This document shows positions 12,323 to 24,943 of a stretch of 64,000 nucleotides of DNA, piece by piece. The notes beneath the pieces were generated by a model. The model was given only the letters and a program-made list of their open reading frames with translations, had not been told where the DNA came from and ran no database searches. Every line of letters starts with the position of its first letter. Positions within the stretch are counted from its first letter, which is position 1. The position numbers and the translations under genes are program-made. This DNA comes from Eledone cirrhosa (lineage: Eukaryota): the NCBI GenBank assembly GCA_964016885.1, contig OZ024743.1, positions 32,922,001-32,986,000 of the forward strand, given 5' to 3'.

Positions 12323-15300
12323 ACCTTACTTGCTAAACAAATAATCAGGATCATGCAATCTTTTGATATCATATAACAGATATGGTCCCCAACAACAAAA
12401 TCTTCATCAGCATAACTCCACACATTACACCTAAATGTTCTTCTGAAATATTGATGAGTCTAAGCTTCCATAAAACTATTTCTTGTTGTGTGGGAGGCAT
12501 TTAAATCCATTCTAACCCTGTAGTTGTTGCAGATTCCAGAGCATAAAACTGGTTAGTCAAACTTGAAGGTGTGTTACCATTGGAGCCAAATTCAAGTTCA
12601 TATAAACTAGTGCAGTTTTAGTACTGATGGCTTATGCCAAAGATATCTTTGGTTTGCATTTCTCATCTTCAATTTTTTCTGCTTTGCTTCAGTTATGATC
12701 ATGTTGTGGTACTCCATGGTGTCATTATTAAATGGACTTTCTGTGCAAGAAGTACAGGTTTCAATGTTTAGTTTTTCATTCATCTGTCAGAGGTAATCAG
12801 TATTAAACTCATCTTCATTGTTACTTAATAAAAAAAACACAAGAGTTCCAAAACAAGATATCAACATTAAAAATTCATGTTTGTTCATCTCTTCCATTTT
12901 CTGTTTTAGTTAATCTGGCAACAATGTATCTAGTTTTGGCATCAGTACAATACCTTTTGTAAATGTGCTCCTTCAAATTAAGACAAACTCTACCATTGAA
13001 CATCAGTGTTCACAGTACAAGTCTAGTAAACTTATGGTAAATCTGGCAAGTCACAGACATGTTTAATGAGTTGCAGGAGTTCATCATCATTGGAAGCTCT
13101 ACTCTTTCAAACTAAGTTCACTAGTTTTACCTTTGAAGAATGAATAAATGGGTGGTGGTGTTTTTCAAACTTCTTTTTCCTCTCTGCTCTGGAATACTGC
13201 TTTAGAGTTGTAACACAATGTTTGTAATGTTGCATTCTTATAACTGCACGTTAATTAAAGGAAAAACAATAGTGACCAGATGTAGTTTTTAGATTTATGA
13301 GTCTAAATAAAATTCAGTATTAAATCATATTTACAACCTAGCATCATTCTAGTAGCTTACATTGATTCATAGCTTATAACCGGATGTAAGCATTTTTTCC
13401 AATACCTGCTTCAATATAAGCTCTAATACCTCTGACTCCTCTTATAGTTACAAGAAAGTTGGCTACTTATTATATTTCAGTGCTATTCCATTAATAAAGC
13501 AAAGATTTATTGGCCTTATCTCTGTGTACTTTGGTTAGAAACACTTTTAGTCAAAGTTGTCTGACATTTGTACAAATACAGATAGATTTTTAGACTGCTA
13601 TAACAAATATCTCTTTTACAAGGTTAGGTATCTTTCTATCAATGTAATTAATCAGAGTATATTCAGCTTTAAACTGTGCTTCTTGAAACTATTTGACTAG
13701 GTGCTCCAGTGTTGTATAGTCATATGCATCTAATCAGACTCTGCTAAAACATTGTCTTTTATATGACAGTCTCTGGAACAATCTTCAATGGTCTTACATT
13801 TAACCCTTTCATTAACATATTTCTAATGAAAGACACTGCCAAAGTATTTCAAATAATTTTGAAAATAATAAAAAATATAGTAATATAATTTTTTCATTAT
13901 TAAGTTGATGCTTATATTTTATTAATCACGTTTTGTCAGATTTCTAAGTTATGAGAAATATACATAAACACAGTCACCCACATGAATATGAAAATATATT
14001 TGGTCAATATGAATGACTAAATCCCTAGTGTGGCAGCGCTCTATTGACTAAAATTAGTAAAATATAAGAACAAAAGAATATGTGTACCTAATTTCAAAAT
14101 TTGATATGAAATTTATGCATCTTTTATTTACTTGTGGATATAAATTTTATTGAATAATATTTTTAGGAAATAAACCTAGAACTTTTCCTCAATTCCAACA
14201 AGATTTTTAAATAAATGGTTTTATTTTGAATTAGCATGGATTCATTTATATTGATTGGGAGAGTATCATTTTCATACCTAGTCCATTTGATTATACACAT
14301 GTATTGATGTTATTGTTTTCATTAAAAATAATTGAAAGATGGATGAAAGGGTTATTTGACTATATAATAATACTAAATAATTAAATTATGAAAGTAAATC
14401 CAGCATTTTAATGCAAAGATACTCTAGTATGGCTGTTCATATAATTGGATATATAATCACAAATTCATTCACCAGAATACAAGAATGTTTGAATATATAT
14501 CCACATACAAAATTTCATTACTATTCACACACATTTAAATACATCTCTATTCATTACACACATGGACATCCTAATTTATTTAATCGTATTCTTTCGAGAA
14601 ATCTTATAGATTATCTTATGAGGCATTCAGTTGGAATTAGAAGAATATGTGTTTAGTTTCCTTGTAGCACACTAATTAATTAGAAATATGCCTGATGGCT
14701 TAGTGGGTAAATTTGATCAACTCAGAACCCTGAGTTGTCAAAATTTAATATGGTTTCTTAAACTAAAATTATATTAATTATTTTCCTTATTTCATATATC
14801 TGGAATATATGCTTTAATACTTGTTTTAAGATAAAAAGAATGGTACGAAAAAGGAGAATTCAATAATAAACACCTGCGTCCCACATGATATAGAGAATGG
14901 TATCTATTTCTTTACTGACTAGAAGTCAAATCTCATCTGTCAATTGTGATAAATGAGATGTAAAATGAAAAATCCATATTTAATTCTATAACTAAATATG
15001 TATCTATGTACACACACTCACATACATACACACAATGCTCAAACACACAAACATAAGCACAAGTACATACACATGTTCATGTAATGACTATGATGTGTTG
15101 CAAGAATGCTTTTTGTTTGTTCAATTGTTAATTACTTTAACTATAGTATTCTTCCCAAAGACTAGCTACATAAGTTTATACACTGAAATTCATATGCTTG
15201 CATGCATAGAATATACCTATGTAACATTGATTTCCATCTAGTAATTTAGCCAATGATGCACATACAATTGGATAAACATATGTTTATATGTTAGATGCAA

Positions 15301-15593
15301 TGAAGTAAGCTGACAGGTCACCTGTAGAAATAATTGCCCTCTCTTCTGACCCATAAACATTTTTCTAGGATTTCATTAATTATTGAATATGATGAAAAGA
15401 AACTTTCAATTCACTACTAATTTAAAACATTTTAAAATGGCAAACTCAACAGCCATATATGTTCTCCTGTCTCCTATGAAATCCTGCTCTGCTTACCACT
15501 ATACAATAGATTTGCTGAAGAGTGATCTCTTTCTTTTCCTCCTCTTTCTTTCCATCTTTCTTCCTTTCTTTCTTGCAATTCCCCCCTGTCTCT

Positions 15594-15623
15594 TATATAT
15601 ATATATATATACACACACATATA

Positions 15624-15659
<36 letters not shown>

Positions 15660-15676
15660 ACATATATATATATGTG

Positions 15677-15730
<54 letters not shown>

Positions 15731-15766
15731 TATATGTATATATATATATATACACATATATATATG

Positions 15767-15852
<86 letters not shown>

Positions 15853-16013
15853 TATATGTATATATATATATATACACATGTATATATATACACATATATA
15901 TATGTATATATATATATATACACATATATATATGTATATATATATATATACACATATATATATGTATATATATATATATACACATATATATATGTATATA
16001 TATATATATACAC

Positions 16014-16046
<33 letters not shown>

Positions 16047-16361
16047 TATATATATGTATATATATATATATACACATATATATATGTATATATATATATA
16101 TACACATATATATATGTATATATATATATATACACATATATATATGTATATATATATATATACATATATATATATGTATATATATATATACATATATATA
16201 TATGTATATATATATACACATATATATATATATATACACACACATATATATATGTATATATTTATATATACATACACATATATATCTGTATGTGTGTGCA
16301 TGAGTATATATATATATATATATGCAAGTGTGTGTATGTTTATATGCAAGTGTGTGTATGA

Positions 16362-16420
<59 letters not shown>

Positions 16421-16641
16421 TGTGTGTATGAGTATATATATATATATATATGCATGTGTGTGTATGAGTATATATATATATATATATGCATGTGTGTGTA
16501 TGAGTATATATATATATATATATGCATGTGTGTGTATGAGTATATATATATATATATATGCATGTGTGTGTATGAGTATATATATATATATATATGCATG
16601 TGTGTGTATGAGTATATATATATATATGCATGTGTGTGTGA

Positions 16642-16673
<32 letters not shown>

Positions 16674-16742
16674 TCATGTGTGTGTATGAGTATATATATA
16701 TCTGTATGTGTGTGTATGAGTATATATATAAATATATATATA
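15594..16742. repeat. Compound (TA)n microsatellite and minisatellite array
   Basis: Units of about 30 bp built on TACACATATATATATG(TA)n, then units of about 34 bp, ATGAG(TA)nTGCATGTGTGTGT. Confidence 0.95.
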
Positions 16743-17109
16743 ATTTTGTTTTCTGAAAAAAAAGCATAATATTGATGGGGGAAGATGTTGATTTTATAAA
16801 TGGCAGTTGTAGTGGTGGGGATTATAACAATACAGTCATAGAATATTTCTGTTTGTTTTCTTTGCTTGGATGTCTTTGAAAGCTAATATAGAACAATATG
16901 AGCTAGCAAACAAATCAAGTGAACATTACAGATGTCTTTCTATATGATGCTGAAGAGTCTATATAACTACTGCATGAAAGAGATCTTAGAGGACAGTTGC
17001 ACATGAAATATACATATATATATATATATATATAAATATATACATATATATATATACATGATTTTCTCTTCCTTTTTTTCCATACTTACACACATACACA
17101 AATCATACA

Positions 17110-17194
<85 letters not shown>

Positions 17195-17303
17195 ATGTAT
17201 ATATATTCATAGTGACTGAGAGAAAGAGAGAGACGTATGCCAAAGAAATGGTAAGAAAAACATACAAAGTATGTAAATGAGAACCTATAGAATTTATATT
17301 TGA

Positions 17304-17380
<77 letters not shown>

Positions 17381-17574
17381 TATAGATATATATATATATA
17401 AGGAACCGCACACATACACACATACACTTTACTTATAGATTGCTGAGTTTAAACCAATTCATACAAATGCAAGGTCAAATCATCATCATCATCATTTAAC
17501 ATCCGTTTTCTCTGATGTCCGATTTTCTTGGCTATATGTTCTTTCTCAAAAATACGAATACATAAATCTTAAAA

Positions 17575-17780
17575 TATTTATCTCAATGATACGTTATGTG
17601 TTATCAATAGGTTTCCTGAGCTCCTCACAACCCTATTTGCTATTGATATAGGCTCCAACCTAGTTTAGATATATTCATAGTGGTAATTTACTTTCTCAAA
17701 AGATTTTCTCCTAGTTTTGAATTTGTGTTTATAGAGATGTTTGAAATCATGCATAGTTCATATATAAGAGTAGGTTTGGC
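17575..17780 (-). mobile_element. Decayed Penelope-like 3' fragment; related copy at 26160-26380
   Basis: Shares TTTGCTATTGATATA...ACCTAGTTTAGATAT...CTCAAAAGATTTTCT with 26241-26380. The minus strand of that copy reads RKSFEEY...WPYLN*, like a GIY-YIG C-terminus, and a decayed hammerhead-like core follows in each copy. Confidence 0.5.
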
Positions 17781-17842
17781 TGAGTATAGTTTCAGATTCA
17801 GTTCCAGTGTATATCATTTTAGGCTAGTCTTTTACTATAGCA

Positions 17843-18184
17843 CAGAGGTTCTCAAAGTAGGCGCTACTGCCCCTGGGGGGGGGGCGTTGTTGCTACGGTC
17901 CAGAGGGTGGTGGGAGGGCCGTAGAGATGATATAATAGTATATTTAATATCAAATCATACTATTATATATATATATAGTAAAATATAAAATATATGATAT
18001 TTATTTATACCTACTATATATTATATTATTTATTATATTAACGATTTTATTTATTATATATTATTTACAATTTGCGTGAAGGCAGATCTCTCTGAACATA
18101 GGTTTGAGGGGGCGCTGAGGGTATTAAGTGCCCATGAGTGTGTGTGTGGGGGGGGGGGGTGACCTAAAGGTTTGAGAACCTCTG
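17843..18184. mobile_element. hAT (Charlie-like) MITE, 342 bp
   Basis: TIRs CAGAGGTTCTCAAA and TTTGAGAACCTCTG; 8-bp TSD CTATAGCA / CTATTGCA with one mismatch. Confidence 0.88.
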
Positions 18185-18204
18185 CTATTGCATAAAGTTG
18201 ACCA

Positions 18205-18470
18205 ATATGTTATGAGTGAAAGTTGGTAGATAGAAACTGTGTAGAAGCCCATTGTATATATGTGTGTATGTAATCATATCTGTGTTTACATTTGCTGTTT
18301 ATTTATGTCCCATAATTTAGCAATTCAACAAAAAGATCAATAAAATATGCACCAGGCTTTGACAAAAATCCCCTCAAAATGTAGGATTGATATGAGTAAC
18401 TAAGCCCCTCCAAGGCACTCCCACAGTAAGACTGCAGTATGATGATAGAATAAAAGATAAAAGAATAAAA
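18205..18470 (+). mobile_element. 5'-truncated SINE family C
   Basis: GTGAAAGTTGGTAGATAGAAACTGTGTAGAAGCCCATTGTATA, matching 61370-61600. Confidence 0.7.
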
Positions 18471-19267
18471 AAATATATACATTGATTAAACTTTTCATTA
18501 ATAAAATAAATGAACCAGCAACAAGAAAAATAACTGAAATAGTTATAATATAAATCTTGCTTGAATAGGAAATTAATTTAGATTTCTTATTCAAGAGAGG
18601 AAAAGAGCAAGGTTAAAGAAAAATATCACAGACCATTATATGTAGGATCACTATTCACCTCATTGATAGTGTTATTGCTAAACAGGCATTGCTATATTGC
18701 TATATAGACATTGTAATCAACTGAGTTGAAATGAAACATAAAAAAATATGTCTATAAGATGAGATAATACTAGCAGAAGACACATTTTATGACATGCTGT
18801 AAATTCATTCCTTGTATCAAATTATACTGAATTATAGAAGCAAAGCATCTAACCATGAAATCGCTTGTTATTTGAACACATGTACATTCAAACATTCTTA
18901 ATGTAAAAAGCTTGTTAAACCATGTTTTTTACTGACAGTAAATGTTAGGCATTCTACTAGAGAAGCAAATGAATTCTGTCTCAATAAATACTCTCTTTTA
19001 ATTTCTTATACTTTGATAATAGAGAAAACAAGTTCAAATAGTCAATTTGAAAATAAGATGTAAATGCATGTTTGCCTAAATATTCTAAACACCTAATTTA
19101 TTCTCTAGATTAAGTACTATGAATATAAAACATTTCATTACTATAATATAAACCTAAGGCACTTAGAATGTTATGGTTTTATGTATACACATACACACAT
19201 ATATTTATATATGTGCATGTGTATATATATATATGTGTATATACATGCATAATACATATATATATAT

Positions 19268-19905
19268 ATCATCATTATCATCAACATCATTTAACATCTT
19301 TTTCCATGCTTGCATGGGTTAGAAGGGTCGTCCACATTATGATACAAGACTGACCAGTTGAGCATGCTGTAACTTTCTCAAACAGAACAGTATTTTGGCT
19401 GGGATTTTTACAGCTGGGTGTCCTTCTTAACACCAACCACGTGTGGAACTGGGTGGTCTTGTTATGAGACATGTCTGGCCAGATGGCTGCACCATACCTT
19501 GCACACATCAGGACTGTGTGTTGGCTGGGTTTTTACGGCTGCTGGACGCCCTTCCAACCACTTCTACAGAATGAAGCTGGGTGGTACCATTATGAGAAGG
19601 TTCTGGCCAGTTAGACATGCCATGCTCATACTGGAGCCATGTTTAGACTGGGTTAATATGGCTACAGGATGCCCTTCCACCAGCCATGTTTACAGGGTGG
19701 AACTGAGTGGCACCTTTATGAGACAAGTCTGGCCACTTAAGCATGCTGTATCTTGCTCAAATGGAACTCTATTTTGGCTGGGACTTTTACAGCTGGATGC
19801 CTTTCCTAACACCAACCACATTTACAATGTGGAACTAGATGGTCCTGTTATGAGGAGGGTCTGGCCTGTTGGCCACACCATACCCTGCTCACAGTGGAAC
19901 CGTAT
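19268..19905 (-). mobile_element. RTE-tail-derived element with about 4 tandem ~125-bp subunits
   Basis: Recurrent GGCTGGG..TTTACAGCTGGATGCCCTTCC..ACCAACCAC units near 19396, 19521, 19645 and 19773, with a (CAT)n tail at the left. Confidence 0.75.
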
Positions 19906-20040
19906 TTTACCAATAGACATTTTGTTCCATGCCTGGACTTAAAAGAGACTAACAGGATCAGAGTAGAATTTTTTTCAACTTAAAATTAATTTGCACAATC
20001 AAGAAGTGTCTTGCTCATGCATTGAGTGACATCCATCAAT

Positions 20041-20144
<104 letters not shown>

Positions 20145-20790
20145 AAGAATGAATAATAACAGGTAGACATCATAAAAAGGTAATTTATTCCGTTTGCTTA
20201 CAAATGTTTCCACGGTGGTACTACAGCCTAGTTATGCTATGTGCAAATTTACAAGTATTTGCAGAACTCAAATATCCAATGCTGTGACCACTGTATCCTC
20301 AGAGCAGAATGGTAAAATGTACAATGTAAATACCCTTAAGTGGGGTTGTTGGGGAAGATAGAGTAGAAAAGGAAGAGAGAAAAGTAGGGGAGAGGGAGAG
20401 AGAGAGAAGGATATGCAGGGGTTGGAGAAGTAGGAGAGAGTGGTTTGTAGATATCTTAATCAAAATATTATGGTAGGGGTTTTATTATACTGGTTACTTT
20501 TGGAGAGATGCGTTGATAGTTAAGGTCGGAATTATTTATTGCCCCAGAGGGCAGGTTCATAGATGTGGAGAGGGAGGCAGGCCAAAGGCAAGGAGGTAGA
20601 GAGGGGACAGACGAAGTTTATGTGGTGAGTGAACTTTGGGTTTGTAGTAGTAATCTGTGAATTGCACTGAGTTACCATTTATAGTGATAAGCAGTGTATT
20701 GTCTTGTAGTGTGGGGGAAGAGAAGGTGGTTAGCTAGAAAGCGATGTTATAGTTACGGGTTCGAATGTTAACTTAACTGTTAACTTAACT
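20145..20790 (-). mobile_element. Penelope-like element 3' portion
   Basis: Hammerhead followed by AATAAA and a (TA)n junction, with an upstream pyrimidine-rich tract on the minus strand. Layout parallels 49290-50964. Confidence 0.55.
20193..20309 (-). ncRNA. Type I hammerhead ribozyme motif with extended stem II
   Basis: TGCT-CTGAGGA-TACAGTGGTCACAGC...GCTGTAGTACCACCGTG-GAAAC-attt-GTA-AGCA. Confidence 0.7.
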
Positions 20791-21149
20791 GCCTACTCCT
20801 TTCCTACACACTGACAATGGCCATTTCCCAGATGGGACCAGTGCCCTATTTTCCTTCCTACAAACTAGAACTTTAGTCTTAGACAGGTTAATTTTAAGGC
20901 CTTTTGATTCTAAGCCATGCTTCCATGTTTGTAATTTTTTCTCTAGTTCAGCCATTGATTCAGCTATGAGTGTTAGATCATCTGTGTATAGGAGTTCCCA
21001 TGGGCAGCCGGTCTTGAACTCCTCTGTTATAGTCTGAAGGGCAATAATAAATAGTAGGGGGCTAAGAACGGAGCCCTGATGAACACCAACTTTTACGCTA
21101 AACTCTTCACTATATTCGTTGTTAATTCTAACCTTGCTGACTGTTTCTT

Positions 21150-21150
<1 letters not shown>
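20791..21150 (-). mobile_element. Internal RTE family-1 RT fragment
   Basis: Near-identical to about 4037-4398 (GVHQGSVLSP, YTDD, GKWP). Confidence 0.9.
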
Positions 21151-21191
<41 letters not shown>

Positions 21192-21754
21192 ATGAATAAG
21201 AGAGACAGTTTTATTCATACATCTTCATTTTATTATTTAGTTTGTTATACGTATTTCGAAGATGTAAGGTATATAATAATCAACTTAAACATTCTCTCCA
21301 GACGAATCGAGATGTAAATTTCCATTAATATGCTACCACTTTGACATGTTGTTAACCTCACTGTCCAGAGAATAATATATATAATGTGTTTTTATTTAAT
21401 CAGACAATAAATATATCTTGAAATTCAGACAGTCAGCCATACATATAGATGTCACAATCAGTTTTTCTTTTAAGACATTTACAGTTTTAAAATCAAGAAA
21501 ATTAAACAAATCTATTTCAAATAACAACACTAAAAATAGAAAATGAAGTAAAAGGCAAGGGTTCTAGGGTCACAGAATAATGGGAGGGGGAAGAGGGAGA
21601 AGATGAGCTCTAGGCCTAGGGTGCAACGGTGTTGAGACTATGCCTCTTGGACAAGACATTAATATATATATATATTACTCTTTTACTCCTTTACCTGTTT
21701 GTTCCAGCCATCCGGCTGAGGCCATGCTGGGGCACCGCCCTTGAAAAGAGACAT

Positions 21755-21826
21755 TTCCCAAGCGGGGAACCGAACCCCGGCCACCGCGGTGAGAGCACGG
21801 AATCCTAACCACTAGACTACTTGGGA
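21755..21826 (-). tRNA. tRNA-Glu(CTC)-like, 72 nt; probably the head of a retroposed element
   Basis: TCCCAAG acceptor stem pairs fully with CTTGGGA; anticodon arm CCGTG-CTCTCAC-CGCGG; T arm CGGGG-TTCGGTT-CCCCG with A58 replaced by G; TTTT just downstream. Confidence 0.8.
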
Positions 21827-21921
21827 CACCTATATATATATAAAACGAAGGAAATGTGGTAAGGAACCAGGTGGACCATAACGCACCAAAGTACTCAATA
21901 CTTAGGGTAGTAGAGTGGGTA

Positions 21922-21982
21922 ATAGGAACGAGTAGGACCCCAACGGCTGAGCTCAAGCCGTCGGGGTCCTACTCGTTCCTAT
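21922..21982. repeat. 61-bp near-perfect palindrome
   Basis: ATAGGAACGAGTAGGACCCC pairs with GGGGTCCTACTCGTTCCTAT; the centre is GAGCTC. Confidence 0.9.
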
Positions 21983-24065
21983 ATATATATATATATAATA
22001 TATATCCATATGTTTGTGCCAGTGTGTTACAAGGTAATAAGGATTATAAAAGCATTTAAGTTTTCATACAACCAATCTTATGGTTCTATGACTTTACTCA
22101 TTTGATACTGTAGAGTATGGTTTTCACTATGTTGAAATTCCTGGTGCACAGTTTTGAGAATGAATGAAAATAACTAATCCTATATCACATGTTCTTTTAC
22201 ACTTGATATTGCCATTCTTTTCCCTTCACACATCAAGAGTAATAATTCCATATTCTGTTGTCTCTTTTTTTAGTTTCAATGCAAATTTGAATTTAGGACA
22301 TCACTTTCGGCATTGTATTGTTGTTGTTACTGTATTTGTTGTTATTCTAAAGAATGTTAAACAGTGTGTTAAGCCAAGCAGAAGAGGGAAAGAAGGAGAG
22401 AGAGAGAGAGAGAGAAGTAAAAAAAATGAAGCTAATTGGCTGTTTGTTGTCTTTTAAAACCACACCCAGCCTCAGTTTTGAAGCCTTCTGGAAATATTCA
22501 ATTGAGGTTTTTTTCTCTTCTAATATTGAACAAACAGAAAGTCAGTTATTGGCTAAGCACAAAATTAACTTCTTTTGGACATTAGTTTTATTTTTTAGGC
22601 TTTTACTTTTTCTTTTTAGATCCTCTGCTTCTATTTCATAAGAAATATTGGCTGCTACTAATCATTAAATACAACACACATGTACATTCCCTCACACACA
22701 AACATATATTCAGTTTACAAAAATAGAAGACAATTGAGGTTTTTGCCTTTTATCTTTTCGTTTTTTTTAACGTTTACTTTTTTGTTTGTTGTTTTTTTGC
22801 TTTAGATTTCCAAGAAAAATTTATGTTTATGGAAACAACAAACATAAACAAACTTTGATTTTTTTTCTCATATGTTTAGTGAATGTGTTACAAACCTCTG
22901 AATGTGCTTTCCAAATGTAGTGAAGCAAACGAGGAAGTATTAAAGGTTGTTACAATGTGTAAAGCAAAACGTCAGATAAAAAACAACATTTAAAATAGAG
23001 CATTATAAAAATGGCCCAGTATCATGTATATTAAAAAAATTAACTAAATTTCCTAAATATTCTGCATATTCAGAGAACTTACAAAATTGCTAGAACAGAA
23101 AATAAAAAAGAAATATGACCTTTAGATCAAAAAAGGATTCACCTAGTCACCATTTGTATGTTAATATACCAATTCGACCACCAAATTTGAAATTATTGAA
23201 GGGTTTCTCGGGAAATATACCACCTGAGTTGGAATCTAGTCTAAGGTATGCATATTTCTATAAGTATTTTTCTTTCGATTTCAATATTTCCATTACTATC
23301 ATTAATCATTTTAAATTACAATCTCATTTCTATCTAATGTTCTCCTTATTTATTTGGAAATTATATTTGATTACCCATTTCTTTGATAAATTTCCTCTTA
23401 AACTAGTTAACAACTTTTTCTTTTGTGTCAATTTTGAAATCCATTTAATCAGGTATTAAACGAAATTAACTGTTGAATATAATATAAGGTGCCTGCTGCT
23501 ATGAAAACTCTACCAATCATAAAAAATGTGTTTTAATTTCCAGCCAATAATAAACAATATATGATTTAAAAAATTCCATAATTGCAGCACTACACCCTTC
23601 AAATGTATAATCTGCTCATGGTGAACGGATATATTATAAGAGATATATTATAAGTAATATGCCTGTTAAATAAATGTCATGTTATCCATATGAATAGCCA
23701 GTAGTACATTCTAAAATGGGGAAAATAATTTTATGTATTTTAGGAAATTTAATTTCATTGTCACAATCAAATGGCAGTTTGATTTTCAAGAAGTCCTAAA
23801 TATGTCTTGACATAATTGCTTTACCACTGTTTCAATTATCCATTATTATCAACATATATTTTCTCTTATTTCTCAATATTTTCTAATAGTATTTATTACC
23901 TTGGATTTTGAATAACAGTTTTGTTAATATTTAGTATAATATGACTCATTCTTTTACAAAATTAGTGATATTCAGTTTCATCATCAAACATTAACAAAGC
24001 TATATTTTCAGATTATATATATATAGATTGACACATATAACACACACATATATAATATATATATA

Positions 24066-24445
24066 TCATGATTATCATCACTGTTTAACGTCCATTTTCC
24101 ATACTTGCATGGGTTAGAAGGGTCATCCACATCATGAGACAAATCTGGCCAAATTGGCCATGCCGTATCTTGCTCAGATGGAACTGTAAATTTTGCCAAG
24201 ATTTTTACAGCTGAATGCCCTTCTTAACACCAACCACATTTACAGTGTGGAATTGGATGGCACCATTATGAGGAGAGACAGGCCAGTTGGCTGCACTGTA
24301 CCCTTCTCACAGTGGAGCTATGGTTTGGGAGCCGAAGCCAAATGTTTGCAGCATGGATCTGGATGGCACCATTATGAGAAGGGTCAGGCCAGTTGGCCAC
24401 ACGATGCCCTGCTCACAGTGAAACCAGTTTCGAAGCCACAACCAT
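24066..24445 (-). mobile_element. Second copy of the RTE-tail subunit-repeat element (compare 19268-19905)
   Basis: TTTAACGTCCATTTTCCATACTTGCATGGGTTAGAAGGGTC plus repeated GGATGGCACCATTATGAG units. Confidence 0.7.
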
Positions 24446-24760
24446 ATTATATGTATGTGTGTGTATTTATATATATATGTATATACTTCATTGTAGCCCG
24501 TATATGTACATTCTCGAACCAGTAAATCATTCATTTGCTAAACTGCTTTATTTGAGAACTTAGTTAAATAAGCAATCTCTATAATAAACATAAGTAATAT
24601 AAAGATCTTTTTTTAACATAATATTTGGCAGTACTCATAGGTATTACTAAACATATAACTACTGTACTGTATAGTTCCACCTGTTTACCATTTTGAACAA
24701 ACGTTTGTTTTTTATTATTTTCATCTTGTGTTCATATTTTTAAGATTTCTTCTTTTTTAA

Positions 24761-24943
24761 CCCTTTAGCATTTAAACTGGCCACATCTCTCACCTCTTTC
24801 TGTTCCAACTGGCCATCACCAGCCACTCATATTGATGTTAAGGAATTTTTCTGAAACAAATAATATCAAAATCTCATAGATTCGATATTATGTGAGATAA
24901 TTATATATACCGACATATATAGAGAAATGTAAATGCTAAAGGG
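24761..24943. mobile_element. piggyBac-type MITE, 183 bp
   Basis: TTAA|CCCTTTAGCATTTA ... TAAATGCTAAAGGG|TTAA. Confidence 0.85.

Noticed and set aside
15383-16769. Long YI/HT-rich ORFs of up to 422 aa
   Set aside because: They are translations of TA-based repeats that lack stop codons; not genes.
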